Notes under the pieces: model-generated | Databases searched by the model: none | Seen by the model: the letters and a program-made list of their open reading frames with translations, nothing else | Told to the model about the DNA's origin: nothing | Source: an uncultured delta proteobacterium | GTDB lineage: Bacteria; Myxococcota; Myxococcia; Myxococcales; Anaeromyxobacteraceae | DNA length: 64,000 nucleotides | Assembly (NCBI GenBank): GCA_963845515.1 | Contig: CAWJSR010000026.1 | Coordinates: 32,001 to 96,000, forward strand | Direction: 5' to 3' | Made by a program: the position numbers and the translations under genes | Shown: positions 44,891 to 53,671 of the stretch, piece after piece | Layout of the letters: each line of letters opens with the position of its first letter | How positions within the stretch are numbered: position 1 is the stretch's first letter

Positions 44891-46228
44891 TTACTTCTTG
44901 ATCTCGCGGCCGCCGGCGGCGGCCCACTTCTCCAGCATGTCCGTGGTGACCGACTTCGGACGCTCGATGGCGTAGCCGAGGCCGCGGTCCCACGTGATGT
45001 TCGCCATGCAGCCGAGCGCGCGGCCGACGCCGAAGAGGACCGTGTAGAAGTCCCACTCCTTGAGGCCGTAGTACCACTGGATGACGCCGGAGTGCGCGTC
45101 GACGTTCGGCCAGGGGTTCTTGGTCTTGCCGTGCTCGGTGAGGACGCCGGGGGCCGTCTCGAAGATCATCGCGACGAGCTTGAAGAGCGGGTCGTCCTTG
45201 AGGCCCGGCGTGGCGAGGCAGAACTCACGCTGCGCCATGTAGCGCGGGTCGGTCTTGCGGAGCACGGCGTGGCCGTAACCCGGGACGACCTGGCCGGCGT
45301 TGAGCGTGTCCCAGAGCGCCTTGGTGACGTTCTCCTTGGTGGGCTCCGCGCCGTTCAGCTTCTTCTGGAACTCCATGATCCAGCCGAGCACCTCCTGGTT
45401 CGCGAGGCCGTGGAGCGGGCCGGCGAGGCCGTTGAGGCCGGCGGAGTAGGAGTAGTACGGGTCGGACAGGGCCGAGTGCACGAGGTGCGTCGTGTGGGCC
45501 GAGACGTTCCCCGACTCGTGGTCCGAGTGGAGGATGAAGTACATGCGGGCGACGTCGTCGTACGGCGCCGGCTTGCCGATCATGTGGGCGAAGTTCGCGC
45601 CCATGTCGAGGTTCGGATCGACCGCGACCTGGAAGTCGCTGTTGTACTTCAGGTTGTAGATGAAGGCGGCGATGATCGGGATGCGGGCGACGATGTCGCT
45701 CGCGTCCTCATAGACCGACTCCCACGCCGTGTTCTTGTTGAACTTGCCGCCGCTGTAGAAGGCCGCGAACTTCGAGTCCTTCTGCAGCGCCAGCATGCCG
45801 ACGGAGAGCATCACCATCGGGTGGCTGTCGCGGGGCAGCGCGCGGATCGCGTCCCAGACGTAGGACGGAACGACCTGGCGCTTCTTCCACTCGGCGACCA
45901 CCTCGTCGACCTGCTTCTGGTTCGGGACGTCGCCGGTGAGCAGGAAGTACCAGAACGACTCGACCGTCGGGTACTTCGAGCCCTTCGCCTTCGGCAGCGC
46001 CGCGAAGGTCTCCGGGATCGTCTTGCCGCGGAAGCGGATGCCTTCCTGCGGATCCAGGTAGGAGATGTCAGTGACCAGGGAGCGGATGTCGCGCGCGCCG
46101 CCGATGCACTGGCTGATGGTGACCTGGTCGATGACGATCTCGCCAAGCTCCTTGGTGAGCTTGGTCGTGCGGGGGCGGAATGCCTCAATCTTCTGCTTGA
46201 GCGTAGTCTTCAGCGTGGACTCAGCCAT
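44891..46228 (-). CDS. gltA: Citrate (Si)-synthase, eukaryotic/Geobacter-type
   Basis: GGARDIRSLVTDISYLDPQEGIRFRG; HSDHESGNVSAH; GLAGPLHGLANQEVL; VVPGYGHAVLRKTDPRY; NPWPNVDAHSG; IERPKS. Confidence 0.95.
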   Translation of the reverse strand: MAESTLKTTLKQKIEAFRPRTTKLTKELGEIVIDQVTISQCIGGARDIRSLVTDISYLDPQEGIRFRGKTIPETFAALPKAKGSKYPTVESFWYFLLTGDVPNQKQVDEVVAEWKKRQVVPSYVWDAIRALPRDSHPMVMLSVGMLALQKDSKFAAFYSGGKFNKNTAWESVYEDASDIVARIPIIAAFIYNLKYNSDFQVAVDPNLDMGANFAHMIGKPAPYDDVARMYFILHSDHESGNVSAHTTHLVHSALSDPYYSYSAGLNGLAGPLHGLANQEVLGWIMEFQKKLNGAEPTKENVTKALWDTLNAGQVVPGYGHAVLRKTDPRYMAQREFCLATPGLKDDPLFKLVAMIFETAPGVLTEHGKTKNPWPNVDAHSGVIQWYYGLKEWDFYTVLFGVGRALGCMANITWDRGLGYAIERPKSVTTDMLEKWAAAGGREIKK

Positions 46229-46299
46229 GGTTGTCGACTCCAGCCACATCTAGAAGGTGGGACATCGGGTAAGCGATCGCGGGTGAACCGAAGGCACGC

Positions 46300-46329
46300 A
46301 TCCTACTCGTCAGTTAAGACCCTAAGCAA
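46300..46329 (-). promoter_or_regulatory. Putative sigma70 promoter of gltA
   Basis: Minus strand TTGCTT-N18-TAGGAT, about 70 nt upstream of the ATG, in an AT-richer intergenic stretch. Confidence 0.4.
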
Positions 46330-46604
46330 TCGACATTTCAGCGGAATTCATGGAGCCGACAAGTCCATCTTAATGGGGTGCGGCGGCGATATCGGCGCCA
46401 CAATCGCTCGGACTGACGACCCGTAATCGGATCGACCCGGGCGGGGCGCAGCCCCCACGGATCATCCCTCGTAAAGCGGAGTTCGCTGATCGATCTTTTC
46501 GCGATCGGTCCGTGATCCGCTGGACGTGAACGGCGCGAGCGGGCCTCCCGGGCACGCGCCGGACCGTGCAACCCGGAATCCCAGTGCGACAACCGGCCGC
46601 AGGG

Positions 46605-47060
46605 TCAGCCTCGGCCGCGGTAGAGGGCGGCGGCGATCTGCGCCGCGAGGTTCGGGTTGGCTGGAACCGCTGCGGCAGTCGCCGTGAGGGCGTCGTGAAT
46701 GGCGGCGCTCGCCTCGGCGGGGGCTGCCGTCTCCGCGGACCCCTCCGAAACTGCAGGCTCCTTCTGCGCTTCCCGCTGCTTCTCGGTCCCAGCGCCCGAC
46801 CTACAGGGCCGACACCACGGTTGATTCCGGATCGCGCCGTCGGCCATCTTGCGAAGCCCGAACTGGGAGAGGGGCTTCATCTTGTGGCACTTGAGGCACA
46901 GCAGCGTGATGAAGACCTCGTTCCCGTCCCCGTCGTAGACCGCCGACTTCCGGCGCTTCGGCTTGGGCGCTTCTTTCCGCCGGGGCGCAGCAGCGCTCTC
47001 CGGGTTCCGGAAGAGATCTCCCTTCACGATCGCTGAGGCGACCATGACCTTGACGGCCAT
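46605..47060 (-). CDS. Small basic protein with a CxxC...CxxC zinc finger
   Basis: ATG 47060 after AGGAGG; basic patch RRKEAPKPKRRK; CLKC-(HKMKPLSQFG...QPW)-CRPC. Confidence 0.7.
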   Translation of the reverse strand: MAVKVMVASAIVKGDLFRNPESAAAPRRKEAPKPKRRKSAVYDGDGNEVFITLLCLKCHKMKPLSQFGLRKMADGAIRNQPWCRPCRSGAGTEKQREAQKEPAVSEGSAETAAPAEASAAIHDALTATAAAVPANPNLAAQIAAALYRGRG

Positions 47061-47229
47061 TGCTTCTACCTCCTGCTGTTCGGAGCAGCGCTGCAGGGTG
47101 CCCATTCGTAGGTGGCAGCCCGGCATGCTGAGGCTAGCTGGAGGGTCTGACATCGATCCAGCCCCCCGCACGCGCCGACAGCGGGTATGGTTGTCGGGAC
47201 CCCCTCACCAGGAACAAGGAGAAGAGATC

Positions 47230-47346
47230 ATGAAGCGGATGTTCGCCCTCGCCCTAGTCGCCCTCTTCGTCGCGGCCTGCGCGCCCGGCCAGTCCAAGCG
47301 CTGGTTCAACCCCGGCCACAACAAGAGCACCTCGATCGACCGCTAG
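47230..47346 (+). CDS. 38-aa lipoprotein (small protein)
   Basis: AAGGAGA RBS; MKRMFALALVALFVAAC lipobox; 22-aa mature peptide. Confidence 0.7.
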   Translation: MKRMFALALVALFVAACAPGQSKRWFNPGHNKSTSIDR

Positions 47347-47445
47347 ACCCGCGGGGTCGCGGAGTCAGGGGCGGCGCGGGCGAGGGATCGCTCGACGCCG
47401 CCCGTGTCTTCCAGGGCAGGAGCCGGGCGGCGGCAGCTTCGTCGG

Positions 47446-47751
47446 CTAGCGAAACAGCGCCAGCCAGACCTGGAGCACGCCGACGAGCGCTAGCACGGTC
47501 GCGGCGCTGACCGCGGTCTTCGCGCTCACCCGCAGCCAGATCAGCACCGCCGGGATCGCGATGAGCGCCCCGAGCACGAGCTGGAGCGGCAGCGACGTCC
47601 GGAAGTTCAGCACCAGCCAGCCGAACGCCATCAGGACCTCGAGGCCGCTCGCGACCAGCGCGATGACTGCCAGGCCGCGGCTCGCGTGCCCGAGGAAGAG
47701 CATGACGGAGGCGGCGAGCGCGGCGACGGCGAGTGCGGTGTGGATGGTCAT
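47446..47751 (-). CDS. Small integral membrane protein (~4 TM)
   Basis: 101 aa, almost entirely hydrophobic. Confidence 0.7.
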   Translation of the reverse strand: MTIHTALAVAALAASVMLFLGHASRGLAVIALVASGLEVLMAFGWLVLNFRTSLPLQLVLGALIAIPAVLIWLRVSAKTAVSAATVLALVGVLQVWLALFR

Positions 47752-47883
47752 CGGATCGGTTTCTTACGCGCACCGCGCCTCGTCCGCAAGGACCCGGGGT
47801 GACGCCGCGCGGGCCGGACGATTCCAGCGCCGGCCCCCTCCGCGGCTGGTACTTGTAGGGGTGATGCGTTCTCGGGAGATGCC

Positions 47884-49360
47884 ATGACGGTCCCGTCCCG
47901 GCTGTACCGCCCCTCGCTCGCGCTCCTCACCGACTTCTACGAGCTGACGATGGCCGCCGCCGCGTTCCGGAGCGGCCACTCGGAGAAGGAGGCGGTCTTC
48001 ACGCTCGCGTTCCGCAAGAGCCCGTTCGCCGGCGGCTTCACCGTGGCCGCGGGGCTCGCGCAGGCGGTCGACTTCATCGAGCACTACCGGTTCGACGAGG
48101 AGGATTCTCTCCTTCCTCGCTGCCCAGCACGGCGCCGACGGCAAGCCGCTCTTCGACGCTCCCTTCCTCGAGCTCCTCCGCCGGCTCGAGCTCGACGTCG
48201 ACGTGGACGCCATGCCCGAGGGGACCGTCGCCTTCCCGCAGGAGCCGCTCGTCCGCGTGAAGGGGCCGGTCATCCCCTGCATGCTGCTCGAGACGGCGCT
48301 GCTCACCCTCGTGAACTTCCAGTCGCTCGTGGCGACCAAGGCTGCCCGCGTCTCGATCGCGGCGCGGGGGGAGCCGGTCCTCGAGTTCGGCCTGCGCCGC
48401 GCGCAGGGGATCGACGGTGGCCTCGCCGCGAGCCGCGCGGCCTACATCGGCGGCTGCGCCTCCACCTCGAACACCCTCGCCGCGCGCATCTTCGGCATCC
48501 CCGCGAGCGGGACCCACGCCCACTCGTGGGTGATGCTCTTCGACGACGAGCAGCAGGCCTTCGAGGCCTACGCCCATGCGCTCCCGGGCAACTGCGTGTT
48601 CCTCGTCGACACCTACGACTCGCTCGCTGGCGTCCGGAAGGCCATCGACGTCGGCCGGTGGCTCCGAGCGCAGGGGAAGGAGCTGGTGGGGATCCGGCTC
48701 GACTCCGGCGACCTGGCCTGGCTCTCGATCGAGGCGCGGCGCATCCTCGACGAGGCCGGCTTCCAGAAGGCGATCATCTTCGGCTCGAACGAGCTCGACG
48801 AGACGATCATCCAGAGCCTGAAGGACCAGGGGGCCCGGATCGCGGCCTGGGGCGTCGGCACGCGGCTCGTCACCGGCGCGGACGACTCGGCGCTCGGCGG
48901 CGTCTACAAGCTCGGCGCGGTGCGCGACGGCCCGTCCGCTCCCTGGCGCCACCGCGTCAAGATCTCGGAGCAGTCGACGAAGACGACCATCCCCGGCGTG
49001 CTCCAGGTGCGGCGCTACGGCGACGCGCGGGGCTTCCTCGCCGACGTCATCTGGGACGAGCTGACCGGGCTGCCGGAGGCGCCGCTCATCGTCGATCCGT
49101 TCGACCCGACCCGCCGCCGCGAGATCGCCGCCGGCACGCCGGGCGAGGACCTGCTGGTCCCGATCTTCCGCGGCGGAAGGCGCGTCTACGAGCCGCCGCC
49201 GCTCGCGGCGAGCCGCGCGCGCGCCGCTGAACAGCTCGCTGGGTTCCACCAGGGCGTGAAGCGGTTCGTGAACCCGCACCGGTTCCCGGTCGGGCTGGAG
49301 CGCGGGCTGTACGACCTCAGGACGAAGCTGGTCCTGGACGCGCGCCACGCGCCGAGGTGA
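47884..49360 (+). CDS. pncB: Nicotinate phosphoribosyltransferase, one-base frameshift at ~48105
   Basis: [10 protein letters not shown]...FRKSPF..GF in one frame; [37 protein letters not shown] and GGVYKL in the next. Removing one T of GAT-T-CTC restores the frame. Confidence 0.9.
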
Positions 49361-49556
49361 ACCGGCCCTGGCCCCGGCGGCAGGCCGGCGCGCTCCGCTC
49401 CAGGCGCGAGGGTCAAGGGGGGAGCGGGGGCCTATGACATAGCGCTCGGCCGGGCACCGGCCCCTTCGCCCCTCCGGCGATAGCCTTGGCGTGCCCGCCC
49501 CAGGTCTCTTCTCGAGGCCGCGCCGCGGGGCCTGGACCCGTCTCGTGGAGGAGCCA

Positions 49557-52500
49557 ATGACCAGCGCGTTCCGTCTGTCCGTCGTCATCCTGTCGGCGTC
49601 GCTCCTCTCCGCCTGCGGCGGAGACTCGAAGGAGGGCAAGCCCGGGCCGGGACCCGCGACCACGCTCGCGCTCAGCGGGGTCCCCACCGCCGCCACGGCC
49701 GGCGTCGCCGCGCTCGTCACGGCGACCGTGAGCGACGCGTCCGGGAAGGTGGCGACCGGCTACCGCGGCACGGTGCACCTCGCGTCGACGGATCCCGGGG
49801 CGCAGCTGCCGGCGGACCTCGCCTTCACCGAGGCCGACGCGGGCGAGCGCACCTTCGCGGTCGTCTGGCGGACGGCCGGCGCGGGCGACCTCACCGCCGC
49901 CGACGTCTCGGACGCGTCCCTCACCGTCACGGTGGCGACCTCGGTCGCCGCCGCCGACGCCGTCCGGCTCGCCTTCGCCGACGCGCCATCCGGCGCGACG
50001 GCCGGGGCGATCCTCGCGCCCGCGGTCCGTGTCTCGGTCCTGGACGCCTTCGGGAACCTCGTGACCTCCGGGACCCCGAGCGTGAGCCTGGAGCTCCAGG
50101 GAGGCTCCCCGGAGGCGCTCCTCTCCGGAGGTGGAGTCAACGTCGCCTCGAGCGGCGTCGCCGAGTTCGCGGCGGCCTCGGTGGACCGGGCCGGAGCCGG
50201 CTACAGGCTCGCCGCCGAGGCTCCCGGGCTGCTGGGCGCCACGAGCGCGCCCTTCTCCGTCGTCCCGGCCGATCCTGACGCGTCGGCGAGCTCAGTCTCG
50301 GCGCTCCCAGGCTCGCTCCCGGCGGGCGGCACGGCCTCCCTGACCGCGACGGTCCGGGACGTCTTCGGCAACCCGATCCCCGGTGTGACCGTCACGTTCC
50401 AGGCGACCGGGGCAGACAGCACGCTCTCGCAGCCCGCTGCCGTCACCGATGCGGCGGGAGTGGCCGCGGGGAGCCTCTCCTCCACCGCGGCTGGATCGAA
50501 GACGGTCGCGGCGCAGGCGGGATCGCTCCCGCTGGCGCCGCAGCCGGTCGTCACCTTCGCAGCGACGCACGTTGATCAGGCCCGCTCGACCGCCGTCGCC
50601 GCGCCCGCCTCCGTCGTCGCCGACGGGGCGACCCCTTCCACGATCACGGTCACGCTCCTCGACGCCTTCGGCAACCCGGTCCCGGGGCAGTGGGCAACGC
50701 TCTCCTCCAGCCGCGGGGCGGCCGATGCGCTCTCCTCGAGCCTGGAGACCTCCGACGCCTCGGGCACCGCCAGCTTCACGCTGCGATCCGCCGCCGCGGG
50801 CGCGTCGACCCTCACGGTCGTCGTCCAGTCGGTCGCCACGCCCGTATCACTCTCCGTGCCGGTGACCTTCGTCGCAGGCCCCGTGAGCGCCAGCGCGTCG
50901 ACGGTCGTCTCCTCCCCGTCGACGGTGAGCGCCGACGGGTCGAGCCCAGCCACCGTCACGGTGACGCTCCTGGACGCAGCGGGGAATCCGGTCCCGGGAA
51001 AGGACGTCGCGCTCGCCTCCGACCGGGGGATTGACGACACCGTCACGCCGGCGTCGGCAATCTCCGACGCCGCGGGCGCGGTTGCGTTCACGGTGAGCTC
51101 CACGAAGTTCGGAGCGGCCACCTTCACCGCCGCCGACACGAGCGACGGCCTCGCGCTGGCCCAGACTGCGCGGGTCGCCTTCGTCGGGACTGTGAGCCCC
51201 TCGCGGTCGACCGTCGTACCGTCGCCCGCGCCGGTCCTCGCGGACGGCGCGGCCTCCTCGGCGATCACGGTGCGCGTGGTCGACGCCTTCGGGAACCCGG
51301 TCGCAGGCGAGGACGTCGCGCTAGCCTCCGACCGGGGGGCCACCGACACGATCTCCCCCGCCTCGGGGACGACCGACGCGGCGGGCCAGGTCGCGTTCAC
51401 CGTGACGTCGCGCAGGTTCGGGGTCTCCACCCTCACGGCCACGCTCACCGCCTACGGCGTGACGCTGACCCAGACCCCGACCGTGACCTTCCTGAGCTAC
51501 CTCGTCTTCGCGACCCAGCCGGCCGCCACCGCGACGAGCGGGAGCGCGTTCGATCCGCTGGTGACGGTGGCGGCGCGTGACGCGGAGGGGAACACCGACG
51601 CGGCGTTCGCCTCCGACGTCACGCTCGCCGTGGGCGCCAACCCCTCCGGCGGCGTCCTGCACGGAACGCTCACGGTCGCGCCCGTCGCCGGCGTGGCGAC
51701 CTTCCCCGACGCCTTCGTGGACAAGGCCGGGAGCGGCTACACGCTGGTCGCGACGACGGCGGCGGCCGGCGTTCCGCCGGTGACGAGCAGCCTCTTCCTC
51801 GTCGCGCCGGGCAGCCCGGCGGCGCTCGCCTTCGCCGTCCAGCCGTCCAACTCGGGGGCCGGCATCCATCCGATGATCCCGGTCGCGGTCCAGGACGCCT
51901 GGGGGAACACGACGACCGCGACCGGGGTCGAGGTCTCGCTCGCCCTCGGCGCCAACCCGGGCGGCGCCACGCTCGGTGGGACGCTCACGGCGGCGAGCGT
52001 CCTCGGGATCGCGACGTTCGAGGGGCTGACCGTCTCTGCCACCGGGGCGGGCTACACGCTCGTCGCGTCGGATCCGCTCGGCGTCCTCGCCTCCGCGACC
52101 AGCCTCCCCTTCGACGTCGAGGCCCCGATCTACGTGGGTGACGGCACCCCCGCGAGCTGCACCGAGGCGACCCTGGCCGCCGCCCTGGCGACGGGTGGCC
52201 ACATCCACTTCGCCTGCGGCCCGGACCCGGTGACGATCACGCTCACGAGCACGAAGACGATCGGCGCGGACGTCGGCCTCGATGGCGAGGGGCGGGTTAC
52301 GCTGAGCGGCGGCAGCGCCGTGCAGCTCTTCTCAGTCGCCGCCGGCCGCACCTTCGCCCTGGAGAACCTCACGATCACCGCCGGGGCGAGCGGTGGCAAC
52401 GGCGGCGCCATCTACAGCGCCGGGACCCTCCTCGTCTCCGACTGCACCCTCTCCAGCTCCGTCGCCGGCCGCTCCGACGCCTACTACGCCACCGCGGCCA

Positions 52501-53597
52501 ACGGCGGCGCCATCTTCAGCGACGGCGGCACGCTGCTCGTGAGCGGCACCACCTTCTCGGGCAACCGGACCGGCGGCGACTGGAACGCGTACGGCACCTA
52601 CTGCAACGGGGGGGCGATCTTCGGCGCCGGCGGAACGATCATCGTGGCCGACTCCACCTTCTCGGGGAACGCCACCGGCAGCTCCTGGGCGCACGAGAGC
52701 ACGATCGGGAACGGGGGGGCCATCTTCCACGCCGGCGGGTCGCTGCGGGTCACCGGCTGCACCTTCTCGGGCAACACCGCGAGCGCCAGCCGGCCGTACG
52801 CCGGCACGGCCGGCACGGGGGGGGCCATCCACCACGCGGGCGGCGCGCTGCTGGTGTCCGGCACCACCTTCTCCGGAAACAGCGCGAGCTCCTACGACTC
52901 CAACAGCTCGACGGCCGGCACCGGCGGGGCGATCCATCACGCCGGCGGCACGGCGCTGGTGACCGGCTCAACTTTCTCCGCCAACGGCGCCAACGGCGAC
53001 TGGAGCCACTCCAGCACGTCGGCCGGCGGCGGAGCGATCTTCAGCGCCGCGGGAGTGCTCGTCGCCGCCAACTCCACCTTCACGGGCAACGGCGCGAGCG
53101 TCGGCTGGAGCTTCTACAGCACCGCCGGCTGCGGAGGAGCCGTCTTCAACGCCGGGAGCCGGCTGGAGCTCGTCAACGTCACGCTCGCCGACAACACCGT
53201 CGGCGGCGGCTACTGCTACTCCAGCACGTGCGCCGTGGCCGGCGCGATCTACGGAGGAGCCACGCTGACCAACACCATCGTCGCGCGCGGCGCGGCCGGC
53301 GCGAACTGCTCGGGCGCCTTCGTCGACGGTGGCCACGACCTCGACTCGGACGGGACCTGCGGCGTCGGGCCGGCGACGGACCCGCTCCTCGACGCGGCCG
53401 GGCTCGCGGACAATGGCGGCCCGACCAGGACCATCGCCCTCCAGGAGACTAGCCCGGCCATCGACGCGGCGGACGGGGGCGTCTGCGCGGCCGAGCCGGT
53501 GATGGGGGTCGACCAGCGCGGCTACCAGCGGCCCGGGACCGGGGCCAGCGCCTGCTCCATCGGCGCCTTCGAGTACGACTCGCCCGGCCCTCCGTAG
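49557..53597 (+). CDS. Large surface lipoprotein/adhesin: invasin-type Ig-like (Big_1) repeats, GGAI beta-helix repeats, choice-of-anchor-Q-like C-terminus
   Basis: GGAGGAG RBS; MTSAFRLSVVILSASLLSAC lipobox; repeated D(A/V)FGNPV/IPG...TDA.G Ig domains; GGAI...TFSGN repeats; LADNGGPTRTIAL...SPAIDA...DQRG..R...IGAFE. Confidence 0.88.
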   Translation: MTSAFRLSVVILSASLLSACGGDSKEGKPGPGPATTLALSGVPTAATAGVAALVTATVSDASGKVATGYRGTVHLASTDPGAQLPADLAFTEADAGERTFAVVWRTAGAGDLTAADVSDASLTVTVATSVAAADAVRLAFADAPSGATAGAILAPAVRVSVLDAFGNLVTSGTPSVSLELQGGSPEALLSGGGVNVASSGVAEFAAASVDRAGAGYRLAAEAPGLLGATSAPFSVVPADPDASASSVSALPGSLPAGGTASLTATVRDVFGNPIPGVTVTFQATGADSTLSQPAAVTDAAGVAAGSLSSTAAGSKTVAAQAGSLPLAPQPVVTFAATHVDQARSTAVAAPASVVADGATPSTITVTLLDAFGNPVPGQWATLSSSRGAADALSSSLETSDASGTASFTLRSAAAGASTLTVVVQSVATPVSLSVPVTFVAGPVSASASTVVSSPSTVSADGSSPATVTVTLLDAAGNPVPGKDVALASDRGIDDTVTPASAISDAAGAVAFTVSSTKFGAATFTAADTSDGLALAQTARVAFVGTVSPSRSTVVPSPAPVLADGAASSAITVRVVDAFGNPVAGEDVALASDRGATDTISPASGTTDAAGQVAFTVTSRRFGVSTLTATLTAYGVTLTQTPTVTFLSYLVFATQPAATATSGSAFDPLVTVAARDAEGNTDAAFASDVTLAVGANPSGGVLHGTLTVAPVAGVATFPDAFVDKAGSGYTLVATTAAAGVPPVTSSLFLVAPGSPAALAFAVQPSNSGAGIHPMIPVAVQDAWGNTTTATGVEVSLALGANPGGATLGGTLTAASVLGIATFEGLTVSATGAGYTLVASDPLGVLASATSLPFDVEAPIYVGDGTPASCTEATLAAALATGGHIHFACGPDPVTITLTSTKTIGADVGLDGEGRVTLSGGSAVQLFSVAAGRTFALENLTITAGASGGNGGAIYSAGTLLVSDCTLSSSVAGRSDAYYATAANGGAIFSDGGTLLVSGTTFSGNRTGGDWNAYGTYCNGGAIFGAGGTIIVADSTFSGNATGSSWAHESTIGNGGAIFHAGGSLRVTGCTFSGNTASASRPYAGTAGTGGAIHHAGGALLVSGTTFSGNSASSYDSNSSTAGTGGAIHHAGGTALVTGSTFSANGANGDWSHSSTSAGGGAIFSAAGVLVAANSTFTGNGASVGWSFYSTAGCGGAVFNAGSRLELVNVTLADNTVGGGYCYSSTCAVAGAIYGGATLTNTIVARGAAGANCSGAFVDGGHDLDSDGTCGVGPATDPLLDAAGLADNGGPTRTIALQETSPAIDAADGGVCAAEPVMGVDQRGYQRPGTGASACSIGAFEYDSPGPP

Positions 53598-53626
53598 CGG
53601 GGCCAGGGGGCACCCTCGGTGGAGCT

Positions 53627-53671
53627 CCCTCACCCGGTCACTCTCCCTCGATGAGTCAGCGAGGGAGAGTG
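53627..53671 (+). repeat. Variant of the CCCTCACCC-hairpin repeat between convergent genes
   Basis: CCCTCACCC followed by the 12-bp stem CACTCTCCCTCG-atgagtcag-CGAGGGAGAGTG; overlaps the nucleotidyltransferase stop. Confidence 0.6.

Noticed and set aside
46880..46900. CLKCH as a c-type heme-binding CxxCH motif
   Set aside because: The protein has no signal peptide, and a second CxxC downstream fits a zinc finger better.
47061..47229. GCCGGGCTGCCA on the minus strand, resembling the 3' end of a c-di-GMP-I riboswitch
   Set aside because: The required upstream GGCAAA / GNRA-loop / GCAAA elements are not present.
49440..49500. CGGGCAC...GTGCCCG-closed stem-loop upstream of the adhesin as a riboswitch
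   Set aside because: No recognisable riboswitch consensus, and stems of this length are expected by chance at this GC content.
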